DNA of 63,429 nucleotides, the filler included, from Octopus bimaculoides (lineage: Eukaryota), in the NCBI RefSeq assembly GCF_001194135.2. It is 4 parts of 4 records of this genome, joined end to end, with 100 filler letters (N's around TTAATTAATTAA, not from the genome) between each part and the next. Parts side by side here need not be neighbours in the genome. Positions count along the whole stretch, not along the records: positions 25,530 to 38,712 come from NC_068987.1; positions 38,813 to 60,173 come from NC_068981.1; 2 more parts are not named here. One strand, 5' to 3'. The notes beneath the pieces are model-generated. The model searched no databases. It worked only from the letters and a program-made list of their open reading frames with translations, and had not been told where the DNA came from. The stretch's first letter is position 1. The number at the start of each line of letters is the position of its first letter. The position numbers and the translations under genes were made by a program. Shown in pieces: positions 36,288-48,563 of the stretch.

Positions 36288-38677
36288 AACAACAAACAAG
36301 ATGAGAACAAATATCCGTCAAATGTAAATAATGTAAATATTGTAGATAATGTCCATAATACCTCATGTCTTAAATATAGAACTCTATACAAATCTATATA
36401 CACACACGTACGAACGTGTATTTGTATATATGAGTGAATGGCACCAGCTGGTCACTGGTTCTGAAATTGGTACAGAGATGGGGTTTCAACTAATCAATGG
36501 TGGTTCAAACACGTTCAGTATCATAAAGTAATTAGCACGGAATTAACTAGAATTAACGTTTCTGCCATATATATTTCTCTTGAATTCAGTGATTATATTG
36601 TCATATCGAATGAATTTGGTTTACACCATTGGACTTGATTTGACCTCACGATAGATTCCGCCAATCGTTTTGGCCATATGTATTTTGTGGAGCACAACTG
36701 ATACCGAATAATTATAAAAAATGCTATTACTTATTTTTAAATATATTACTCGTTTTCGATATCAATGTTGGATGTGAAGGTACTATTTCTTCTTTTTTTT
36801 TTGGCCTCCAACTGTCGAGCGAACACGCGTTTTTTTCAATTGTCGAGTTATGATATCATAGCCATTCGTGACAGTTAAGAATCTTGTTTTAGATCGTGAA
36901 AAGTGCTATAAATAGCTCATCCTTTTCATGGGTACACGTTAAATGGATGAGCCCTCAATAGACTCTCCAGCAATCAAAATTAAGTATATACTCTACAAAA
37001 TTGTGTATTGAGTCCTTTTCAGAAACTTTGTTTTCCCACACCAATACAGGATATATTCCATATAAAATATGGAACGTCAAACAACATTATGGTTACTAAT
37101 TTTATCAGATGATTCGCACACAGATTAAAGTTGAAAATATTGTTAAAATTTAGGGCAACTGGAAAACGTATATACCACTTCCGTACTGACGCCTCAGTAA
37201 ACATAAAATGTTGCGCTGCCCCGAAACAGTTGGTAGCATCCAGACGGAAAAGTGCTCATCTAATGTCGCTTTCCATTCCTGTGAGTGTCTTTTAAAGATG
37301 TAATGCAGGGATGTAGAAGCCGTTAGTTTCAATTCGCACTTTATGGTCTTGCTATAATGCACAGGTAGATAGATACATAAGTAGATAGTGAGATTAGTAG
37401 CTTGATAGCCAGAGGGATAGGGAAAAATATCAAAAGAAATTACATTATAGAATACAAGGAATATGTACTAATACATTTTTGATGACAAACTATTTCTAAC
37501 CACGATCTTAAACTATTTAGCTGTTAGCTATAGAGCGATGCAAGAGAATGTGCTGTCTAATAAGCAAAAAGATATTACACAGATCTCAATGATAAATGAT
37601 CTGCACACTTTTATGTTCCAGCCATTATATTAGGACATGTTCTATATAATATGTGCAAACTCAAAACAACGTTTTAATAACTAGTGCAACCAGTCGTTTT
37701 GTACATAGAATAAAAGTTGATTATATATTTGAAATTAAGGTAATTAAGAACTGTATCTCTGCTCTACCAAAGCCATTGTTCCCAGAATATACCATAACAT
37801 TTTGCACCGTCGTCTGCAGGCCAGTGCCTCGTTTGAAGAAGATGTTCTAAATATATACTGAAACCATATAGAGATGAACCCCTTCGAAATTTAGTGTTCA
37901 TTTGATTGTTATATTAAATCGATTATTCATAGGGTTAGCGTATATGTAAACCTGAGTATTTGACAAACACCTGTACGTTTAACAAAATTCTCAACCACAA
38001 TCAGTAGTCCATAGTGTCAGAGAATTGAATCTCTTCATTTCACGTGTAACCCGTGCAACAGACATCTGCGCCAGTTTCTCCCGCAAAGCCTAGGACATCA
38101 CAATGCTATGGTAAAAATGCACTTACTACAAACGTCACGGCATAGAATCATAGAATCGAACCTAAGCGATGCGATCTACACACACACACACGTATATATA
38201 TATATATAAATATATAGGCATATACGTATACAGGTAAATAGATACGTAGACAGACAGATTAGAAGCTTGATAGACAGAAGGATTGGTGGGGAATATCAAA
38301 AGAAATTACATTACAGACCACAGAGCATATGTACTAATAAATTTTTGATGACAAACTATTTCTAACCATGATCTAAAACAATTTAGCTATTAGCTATAGA
38401 GCCACGCTAGAGACTGTAGTGTCTAATAGGCAAAAAGATATTTCTTCGATTTACTTAGATCTCACCAGCTATAGTTTTATTTGGAGTGATATATGTTCTC
38501 CGTCCTTTTATGTTTCAGCCATTATACAGAATAAATCTTGTATACAGATGGATGGCGGCGTAGAAGTGTGAATTGGTTTTCTAGGAATATTGCATAACAT
38601 AATAGAGGGAAAATCAATTAATTAAGTCCAGTAATTTATCTACCTTGGATTTAGCTATTTCATTCTATCAATCAATC

Positions 38678-38712
<35 letters not shown>

Positions 38713-38812
38713 NNNNNNNNNNNNNNNNNNNNNNNNNNNNNNNNNNNNNNNNNNNNTTAATTAATTAANNNNNNNNNNNNNNNNNNNNNNNNNNNNNNNN
38801 NNNNNNNNNNNN
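38713..38812. other. Artificial scaffold-join linker
   Basis: 44 N + TTAATTAATTAA + 44 N. Confidence 0.9.
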
Positions 38813-38936
38813 CTGTAGAAACACTGCCAGATCAGATTGGAGCCTGGTGTAGCCATCTGGTTTCACCAGTCTTCAGTCAAATCGTCCAACCCATGCTAGC
38901 ATGGAAAGCGGACGTTAAATGATGATGATGATGATG

Positions 38937-38940
<4 letters not shown>
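38813..38940 (+). mobile_element. 3' tail of an RTE-type SINE/LINE
   Basis: CCATGCTAGCATGGAAAGCGGACGTTAAATGATGATGATG: a hairpin followed by a (TGA)n tail. Confidence 0.6.
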
Positions 38941-38967
<27 letters not shown>

Positions 38968-39359
38968 TATATATAACATTGATCACTAACGTGGACATTC
39001 AATGTGCTAGAAATAGATCACATCTTGTGTCTATTAAGACCTAAATTGTTCTCAAAACGAAATTTAGCGGAATACCAAAGCGTAAGAGGGCAAGACATTT
39101 AAAATTACCGAAAAAAAATCATTATTAAACAGGGACTGGTTTCAAAATTAAAAACTGTTTCACCTAATGGCTTATTCAACCAATGAAGACAAAGAATAAA
39201 TTGTTAGGCAAAAATTGAAGTCCAGTCAGCAACGAATTTGTAATAAATTTGGGTCTGCTCTTAATACTGAGACCCCCCACCGGCCATCAGTGAATGCGCC
39301 ATTGTTATTGCTAAACTAGCTTTAAAATAATAGCCTCAATTTAACATTTGCACCCACCC

Positions 39360-39676
39360 CACACACAAACACACACACATGCACTCATACACTCACACAC
39401 ACATGCACTCACACACTGACATGCACACACACGCACACACACATATGCACACACACACACACACATGCATGCTCACACATGCATGCTCACACATGCTCAC
39501 ACATACACACACATGCACACACAGGCATACACACATGCATACATGCACACACATGCACACACGCATGCACACACTCACATACACACATGCACTCACACGC
39601 ACACACACACATATGCATACACACACACACATGCTCATGCGCACACACACACACATGCTCATGCGCACACACACTC
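39360..39676. repeat. Degenerate (CA)n/CATG microsatellite
   Basis: Directly visible. Confidence 0.9.
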
Positions 39677-39888
39677 TGAATAAAGTTTAAGGTTTCACTA
39701 TTCTGGGTGGTGAAGGTACAAGAAATGTACGAATTTTAGTTTGGCATAAGAAATCTGATCCCAAAGCAATCAAATAGTGTTGGAAAAATGTTTTAAACTA
39801 AAGAATGAGTATAAAATGCATTTGGAAAATAGTTTCAAGAAATTGAAAATATTCACTGGTATATATATTTTTAGGAGGCTTTGAAACT

Positions 39889-39978
<90 letters not shown>

Positions 39979-40012
39979 GTCTATCCGCCTGCCTGCCTGT
40001 CTGCCTGTCTGA

Positions 40013-40060
<48 letters not shown>

Positions 40061-40382
40061 ACATTGTACAGGCAGGTATGTAAGACGTGTAATATCTATA
40101 AGATTATGCAATGCATTTCAATTAAACTTCCAAATCTTCAGGCTATACCATAATGTAGACAGATAAATATTGATATGCTGCTATGTTGAAGAACAGAGTA
40201 ACTTATCTGATTTATGTCATATTGTCTTGCCACCAAATGCGATACGCTTTACTTTGATTTGTGTCCGTCTACAAAATGGACCCCATTAATCTCTCCCTCT
40301 CTCTTCATCTCTTTTTCTCTCTCTCTCCATCTCTCTTTCTCTCTCTCTCCATTTTTCTCTCTCTCTCCATTTCTCTCTCTCA

Positions 40383-40453
<71 letters not shown>

Positions 40454-40473
40454 CATATATAAATTTAAAAAAT

Positions 40474-40860
40474 GAAGAACAAATACAAGAAAAACAACAT
40501 GAGTACGTGGTAAATGCAAAGTATTAGCGGACACTCAGGGAAGGAAAGAAAGGTGGTTTTATGTTTCAAGCAAAGCTCTTCATCAGGAACAGGAGACAGA
40601 GGAAAGTCCAAGAGAAAAGGAAGATGGAGGAAAAAATTGCCAACAATTTACATGTGATTACAAAACGAAGAACAAATACAAGGAAAAACAATGCAAGAAC
40701 GTGGTACATGCAAAGTATTAGCAGACACTCAGGGAAAGAAAGAAAGGCGGTTTTACGTTTTGAGCAAAGCTCTTTGTCAGAAACAGGAGATGAAGGAAAG
40801 TCCAAAAGAAAAGGATGACAGAGGGAAAAAAATCATCAACAATTCACATGTGGTTACATT
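40474..40860 (-). repeat. Tandem dimer of a ~194-bp unit, each unit with a decayed hammerhead motif on the minus strand
   Basis: Units 40474-40666 and 40667-40860 align. Motifs: GTTC CTGATGA A GAGC TTT GCTT GAAAC ATA AAAC (40590>40555) and GTTT CTGACAA A GAGC TTT GCTC AAAAC GTA AAAC (40784>40749). Confidence 0.75.
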
Positions 40861-42227
40861 TGAAATGTATATATATAGTCAGCTAACTAGATAATTATAG
40901 ATATTGGAATGTAATTTTGAAGTTGGAAGGTTGTATATAGAGTTCCAAATCTGCCTTGATTAAGCAGACCTATGATTGAAGGCATTCCAGGCTTGATCAT
41001 TCCATCTTTTCTTTTTTTCCAGGCATAGAATATACAGGACAACGTTATCTAAAGCATGTTTGAATTTTAAAACAGTAGGGTTTGATTTGAGGAATACTTG
41101 ACTGTCATTTGTAACTGTCTGAAGAACCTTGTAGAAGTCCCTTATTGGTTTGAAGAATCTAATATTTCTTTCTTAGGTGACAAGGTTAATATATTGTATT
41201 TGGAACATGGACAAATCAGAGATTAAAAGAAACTAAAGAAATTCTCATAATATTGGGGATTAATTTGGAAAGTTGATGTTTATATATGTTATCATAAATA
41301 GCTTTCCTTCAATCTACAACATATTTTTAACTGACTGGTTGGATGTAAAGCAAAGATAATCAGAAGAGTAAGAACCGTTCATGCTGTCTTTTTCCCATTA
41401 CTATGCCATGACTGATAAGATGATAACATTTTGTGCTAAACTGATAAGAAGTTAAGTCTGCTCGTTTCCTAGCTTCAATCATTTGTAGACTTTCTTCCTA
41501 CTTCTGTTTATTTGTGTCTTTTTGCTTGCTCATTTTACAGTAAGAAATTTCTGTTATCATATGCATCTCAGAGATTCAAATCTGATTTCAGAAGTAAATA
41601 AAATAATAATAAAAAAAAAAGAAAAAAAGAAATGTGAGTTTATCTGGATTCAAGATGACTAAAATCAGTTAAAGGATAAATGTAAAAGTACTGAATACTG
41701 AGATTAATGGATTGCTTAAAAACCTGAAACATTTTTGTTTGAAATTTAGAATAGAAAAAAATGTGAGGCAACTTTAAAATGAAAGAAAAAACAGATTTTA
41801 CTGTGCTAACAATAATTTCTATTCTATACCTAAATAAGAAGAATGTGTAATCAGTACAACCTTTTTTTGCATAAATATTTGCTTATCTTATTACCTAAGG
41901 AAATATTTATTGGGTAAAACTTTGCACCTGCAATTAAAATTTTGTAAACATAGTTGTTCATCTGTCTTTTATCATTTACTTGCTTCAGTTATTGGACTGT
42001 GGCAATGTTGGGGTATCACTTTGAAGAGCTTAATTGAACAAATTGACTCCAGAGCTTATTTGTTTTAAGTTTGGAACTTATTCCATTGGTCTCTTTCCTG
42101 AATCACTAAGGTACAGGGATGTAAACAAACCAACACTGGTTTCAAATGGTGGTGGTGGTGGGGTACATAGACACAAAGATAGACACACATATAAGCATCT
42201 CTCTCTCTCTCTCTTTCTCTCTCTATC

Positions 42228-42279
<52 letters not shown>

Positions 42280-42932
42280 CTAGCCTTGAAGCTGCCCTTT
42301 GGGCAGCATTCTGTCTAGGTCCTGCGGTGGGCACCTTTGAGGCCTTGGGGATCCATTTTCCATGTTTCGTTTTTTTTTCATTTTATTCTCATGATGAAAA
42401 TTTACGACACTTTCAAGGAGTTATATGAGCTTCCAAACTCACTGTAGTAATTAATTCACTTCATATTTTGAGACTTGAACCTGCATCTGTACTAAGCAAG
42501 TGAAATGTATGACTATCACAGCTATCATAAGTTTTCCATCACTTCACTATTTCTGAGAAAATATTAAAACAAGATTGCGATAAAATGAATAGGATCAATT
42601 TCATCTCAGTCTCATTCTATTTTCTATTACAGATCTTTAGTGGGATACTATAACCAGAACAAGAAGATTAATTTTCCACCTAGACATAAGTTTCATAAAC
42701 TTCAAGATATAAATACCCATACTACCACACTGAAACATACCTGTTATAACTCTTTATCTTGATTTGAATGTACATGAAAGAATTTAGAACACCCAATCTT
42801 ATTTCTGCAAATGTGCTAAGCACTGATACTGTTCATAGGTTAATTAATAAGCGTATGAGAGAGGTAAATGCAGTAAAAATAGGTGGGATCAGTGGGGCCC
42901 CATTTAAGTGGCCCTTCAGAAATTGAACCTCC

Positions 42933-43589
42933 TTATAATACCCATTTCTTGTCACCAGTCATTATTTTGTCCAAAAAAGGTTCATTCATGAGATGTGACA
43001 GCAAAGAAGAGCACACATTCACTCTCTGCTCGTGATTAGACTTGGAAAGATTTTGAGGGACCCATTAACCCAATTTGCTGACATTTCTAATGGCACACAA
43101 GTGTTGATGAATGGTTGAATGACCAAGTCCATGCTTCTCTGCTAGTTCCTCAACAGTTATGATGGGATTTTGTTCCACTAGGGTTTACAGGATGCCCTCA
43201 TCAAGCTGTACAGATCTTCTAGGATGAAGCTCATCTCCAAGGCTGTAGTTTCCGGCTTGGAATTTCTGGAACCACTGCTGATATTGGCTTACACATATTG
43301 TCCGGTCCCCATATACTGCATTAATATTCCTCGCACTTTCTATTGTTGCCTTTATTGAACCCGTAAAGCAAAATATGCTGAATATGCCTCTTTGTAACTT
43401 CCATTATAGTTTTGAAAAAATAACTGTTAAAATCAAACTGCACTCTTCAAAACTGGCACTAAGAATAAGTACATGGTAGAATTACTACCTGCTTGTTTAG
43501 CAAGTTGATGCAGGAAGTTTATCTAGTCCCCCTCCAACTTTTAGTTCATGCAATTGAAAAAACCACGTTATTTATGGGATGACCCAATA
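42933..43589 (-). mobile_element. Truncated mariner transposon (TIR plus N-terminal transposase pseudogene)
   Basis: TIR TATTGGGTCATCCCATAAATAA at 43589. From ATG 43404, with frameshifts and stops: MEVTKRHIQHILLYGFNKG...QWFQKFQAGNYSLGDE...TVEELAEK..LGHSTIHQHL...KLG*WVPQNL...FLDKIMTGDKKWVL (WVPHEL-like and first catalytic Asp motifs). Confidence 0.85.
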
Positions 43590-43600
43590 CATATATATAC

Positions 43601-43711
<111 letters not shown>

Positions 43712-43885
43712 ATTTTTTACTTGTTTCAGTCATTAGACTGCAGCCATCCTGGAGCACTCTCTTGGAGAATTTTAGTTGAATGAATCAACTGGAGTACTTA
43801 TTATTTAAAACCAAACTGCTAAGTTACAGGGACATAAACACTAGTTGCGAAATGTAGTAGTGATGGTGGTGGTGGTGGTGAATAT

Positions 43886-43937
<52 letters not shown>

Positions 43938-44216
43938 GACAGGCTTCTTACAGTTACTGTCTACCAAATGACTTAATCACTCAGCCATGTCTGTTCAAAA
44001 TTAACTATATATTCAATTTGCTAAAGTGTAACATTTAAAACATTTGAAAATATCTGTTTTTGATATGAATGCTATTGCTTATATGACATGGACTCTTTCA
44101 AAAGATTATAATAATGCCTGAAATTTGAAGAAAATTGCTGAATTTTGAATCATGAATAATAAGAAAATGCTGTTTAAAAAAACCATGCATAATTTTGTCA
44201 ATGATAAGTATTCTAA

Positions 44217-45306
44217 ACTAGCTGTTTTTCCCGGTTTCACTCGGGCAGTGTGGTGGATTTGGTTAAAGGCTATTTCCTATGTATATTTTGAATAATAAAA
44301 AGAACTAAAAAAAAAAAAAAAAAANNNNNNNNNNNNNNNNNNNNNNNNNNNNNNNNNNNNNNNNNNNNNNNNNNNNNNNNNNNNNNNNNNNNNNNNNNNN
44401 NNNNNNNNNNNNNNNNNNNNNNNNNNNNNNNNNNNNNNNNNNNNNNNNNNNNNNNNNNNNNNNNNNNNNNNNNNNNNNNNNNNNNNNNNNNNNNNNNNNN
44501 NNNNNNNNNNNNNNNNNNNNNNNNNNNNNNNNNNNNNNNNNNNNNNNNNNNNNNNNNNNNNNNNNNNNNNNNNNNNNNNNNNNNNNNNNNNNNNNNNNNN
44601 NNNNNNNNNNNNNNNNNNNNNNNNNNNNNNNNNNNNNNNNNNNNNNNNNNNNNNNNNNNNNNNNNNNNNNNNNNNNNNNNNNNNNNNNNNNNNNNNNNNN
44701 NNNNNNNNNNNNNNNNNNNNNNNNNNNNNNNNNNNNNNNNNNNNNNNNNNNNNNNNNNNNNNNNNNNNNNNNNNNNNNNNNNNNNNNNNNNNNNNNNNNN
44801 NNNNNNNNNNNNNNNNNNNNNNNNNNNNNNNNNNNNNNNNNNNNNNNNNNNNNNNNNNNNNNNNNNNNNNNNNNNNNNNNNNNNNNNNNNNNNNNNNNNN
44901 NNNNTAAGCTATAGCTTTTTTTTTTTTAATGCACAAAAAATTGAGATTATTTTTTTCTGTGCCTCTGATTAAAATTTTTGAAAAACAAACCCAGCCACAT
45001 TACTTGGAAAAAAATAATCTTTATTGTACTGGTTTTTCGTAAAATTTTGCGCATGGGAAAGGCAACAAAATCGCCCCTCCCCACTTTGAATGGGATATTC
45101 CTATCTTAAAAAGTAATAATTGATTATCTCGGTAACCATGGGAGTTGGAGGGCAATAAAAATATCCTGAACATGAGCAGACCATGCTGCCGCTCTGTGCT
45201 GAATTTCACACGATTCCACTGCACCGTTCTCGAGTGAATCTGCCGACACTCAACCAATCAATCAATCAATCAAGCAATCAAGAACACTGCAATTTATAGT
45301 ATAGAT
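44217..45306 (+). mobile_element. Helentron-associated (HINE/DINE-1/Lep1-like) non-autonomous rolling-circle element, gapped
   Basis: 5' ACTAGCTG..CCCGGTTTCACTCGGG; subterminal inverted copy CTCGAGTGAATC (45229-45240); (CAAT)n microsatellite; 3' end GCAATTTATAGTATAGAT. Confidence 0.65.
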
Positions 45307-46605
45307 TATAATACATAGTAAATTTGCTTTTAAATTTCAATCTTCTACAAATTAATAATATATTTATTTTATAGTGTAACTAACCCAAAGAAACCTTAAA
45401 TTTGTATATCTTTTGTATTTTGAGATGTTGGATAGAAATTCATAATAGTAACAGGCTACAAACATTATTCCAAAAATAATATTGCATGTAAGAACGAGTT
45501 CAGTGAGTTAGTTGATATACCAGATGAGTGAAAGCATCTAGTGTTTCAGGCACTTGTCCCTTATCCAATAAAAATGATATATAGAAATGTTGTCACTTGG
45601 TTGCAAAATTGCAAATGAAACATGGCATAACATAAGAGTGATGTGGGGTGGGGTCTGATGTGGGTAGAAAGGGAAAAACCAGTGGGAGGTGATATGAATA
45701 ATGCAAAAGGTGAATAATAGAGCAGGTAAAAAGTAGATGAGTGATGGCAGAGTGTGGGAGAAAAGTTTGTAACAAGATTAAAGTCAGTTGAAATGAAAGG
45801 TAGGTGATGAGGGACAAACTGAGTGATGTGAGAGATTGTATTAATAGCGTAGAGCAAAAGGAAGAGGTAGACCAAACATAGACTGTACTTATTCTATTTC
45901 TTCACCTCATCTATTTTTCTTCAAAAAATTATTGGATGATCTATAAAATACCATTATCAAATATAAGATCCTATTCTTTACAGTACATTATACAATGGAC
46001 ATTTTTAATCAAGCAATAATGCAGCTAATCATTCTTAATACATTCTAGAAGATTTGAATGCATCTGATCGATGTTGTTATTTGCTTTCAGAGAATATCTC
46101 TTTCTTAAAAGTGATGTATAAGGGGACTTCAAGAGAACGTGGTGTTTTGATTGCATTGTGTTTCTTCTACTGAAGCTACCTTGGATAGATGAATATCACA
46201 AGAGTATAAGCTTTTGTTTATAGGAATCAATAAATAAACTATTTGCTGATCTATGCAGATGTCTGCCAAACAGATAAAAATTCATGGGGTGCATGCAGAA
46301 TGGTGAAAATTCAAACAATAACATAGGTGATGATTGTTAATATGTTATGGCATTTACCAGAATTTATTATAAATGATTTAGCTACATTATTGTTCAGATT
46401 GTTTCTGTTCTGTGAGCAACCCATGAAGTTTTAACAAACTTTTAGATGTATAAATTAAAATAAAATAAAAAATAATTGAAATCAAACACTACTACTAAAT
46501 TCAAGGTTTATATTTCATAAACTTCAGTTTGTGACTTGCTTTAATATAAAAATATATCAAATCCATATATTGTTATATTTTGGAACGGTCATTTTTTTTC
46601 TTGCC

Positions 46606-46918
46606 AAATAAACACACATACCATATATTTGTTCTTCACTTATTTATTATTGGTCTTATTTTTATCCTTTGCCCATTGTCCAGAAATCTTTTCTCACACA
46701 CCTGTGACCACTTCAGTGACTCTTCTATCCCATATGTTTCCCTCCTGTTCTGTTTAGTCCATTCTGTCTTCAAACAGAACAGGAGGAGACATATAGAATG
46801 GAAGAGTTGCTTAAGAGGTCACAGGTGTGTGACAAAAGGTTTCCAGACAATGGATATAAGATAAAATAAGAACAATAATAAATGAGTGAAGAATGAATAT
46901 ATAGAGTGTATGTTTATT
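46606..46918. repeat. Foldback (about 150-bp imperfect inverted arms, 16-bp spacer)
   Basis: 46606-46755 is the reverse complement of 46772-46918, e.g. CACACCTGTGACC/GGTCACAGGTGTG and CTCCTGTTCTGTTT/AAACAGAACAGGAG. Confidence 0.85.
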
Positions 46919-47214
46919 CAGAAAAAAAAAATTACCATTTAGGACACTTACAAAACAAATTCATAAATGCAAATCCATATAAATATGAATATACATAAAA
47001 ATCATTTAAATGATGCTGCAATTAACACAATCAAACATAGAATGACATTATTAACACAATCAAACATAGAATGACAACTTTTTCTTTAGTTTTGTTTCAA
47101 TGTTTTAGTTGTCTTAAAGTAAACATTGAATCATAACTTAGTACTTTAATTGAAATACCTTGAGAAGTGTATAAAGTGTTAATGAGGGAATTATTGATTG
47201 ATAAGTATATTATA

Positions 47215-48563
47215 GGGCATGAAAACATTTATCTTATGAAATTATGAGTGTTATGGGAAAAGCTCAACTAATTCAAACACAATTGGAACATGAAGGCTTG
47301 AAACAGATTTGAAAGATATTAATTTGTCAACAGAGTGGTTACACTAAATTTCCTTGTTTTATTTATTTATTTTTTGTTTATTAGATAGTTGAGTTAAAAG
47401 AGATCTTTGGAGGAAGAAAGAATGGCCAGGAAGAAAAAATCTTATGCTGGAGAGCAAAACACCATGAAACCTCCCCCTACTTGGCAAAACTAGAAAATGT
47501 CTTGCTTCCATATCTGACTAGGTTTGATCAAACGATTTGCTTGAAGACTTAGATAAGGTAAATGACTCCTTCAAATATTTATACGAAATTTTTCCTGCTC
47601 TAAGTCAAGAAACATTGAAAGCAGATATCTTTGATGGGTCTATGATAAAAGCATTAATGAAAGATGAGCTATTTATGAATTTACTTAAACCTGTTAAGAA
47701 ATTTTCCTAGATAGAATTTACAGAAGTTATGGAAAACGTTTGAGACAATATCAAATCCCAAAACTATAAAGATCCACTTAATAGTTTAGTTTTCCCTTTC
47801 CCGAAGCTAAAAGGTAATATGAGTATTAACATGCATTTCCTCTATAGCCATTTAGATTACTTTCCTGCCATATTAGGGGTTGTTAGTGAAGAGTATAGAG
47901 AGTGTTTCCCCTCAGACATAAAAACTATAGAATAAAAGGTACTAGAGATGGTGGAATATAAATATGGTGGTAGATTATTTGTTGGTACTTAAAAAGGCAA
48001 GAAAACAAAAGGATTCATGATTGACAATCCAATAAGAGAAAGCTACCTTCTTAAACAGCGCACTTGCCAAACCAACCTTACTTTTATGCTTATTCTACAT
48101 CCTCAAATGTTGAATGAACATGAAATGGATGGGACTTGCTGGCTAGGAGATGCATTTCTTCCTACTATATAGTATTGTTTACTATTATCTTTCATATCAG
48201 TGATGCTTGATGAATTTACTGTTTTTGTTTTGGCTGGATCATAAAAACACAACACTTGTGTTATAAAAGATACTAACTTTTAACAAATTTGTAGCTGTTT
48301 TATTGGAGCTAAATCTTCCAATAAAATAGCTAAAATGTCTATATTAGTTAACCAGTTGTAACATATAATTACAGTTTCTTTTCTACTAATATAAACATTT
48401 CATATGCCCTTTCTCACTGATATTTGAAGGTGGATTTCTGATTAAACTTGTGATACACAAATTCAAAGAGCAGACATGAAATCAGCACTGAAAACTTTGT
48501 TAAGATAAGCAACTTTTATGAAAAAAGCCAAATATATTCTTTTTTCTTAAATGTAGCCCTGTG
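47215..48563 (+). mobile_element. Chapaev (CMC) transposon remnant with a decayed transposase
   Basis: Fragments EKLN*FKHNW, QQSGYTKFPCF, FKYLYEIFPALSQETLKADIFDG, GNMSINMHFLYSHLDYFP..LGVVSEE...QDIKTIE match the Chapaev transposase motifs GYTKYPCF, AGIFDGPQ and HFLHSHLDFFP.NLG.VSDEQGERFHQD. Candidate ...GCCCTGTG end at 48563. Confidence 0.8.

Larger units (their letters stand above)
35841..36340. mobile_element. Inverted-repeat element: Penelope-type hammerhead-bearing arms and (TAA)n enclosing a tRNA-derived head
   Basis: 35843-36027 is the reverse complement of 36114-36338. The loop at 36035-36107 is tRNA-like on the minus strand. Confidence 0.8.

Noticed and set aside
45520-45575. Possible hammerhead relic on the minus strand (TTGGATAAGGGACAAGTGCCTGAAACACTAG), and a similar one at about 55801 (CCTGAAGAAGACC)
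   Set aside because: The core or stem II needs several substitutions to fit, so it cannot be separated from chance.
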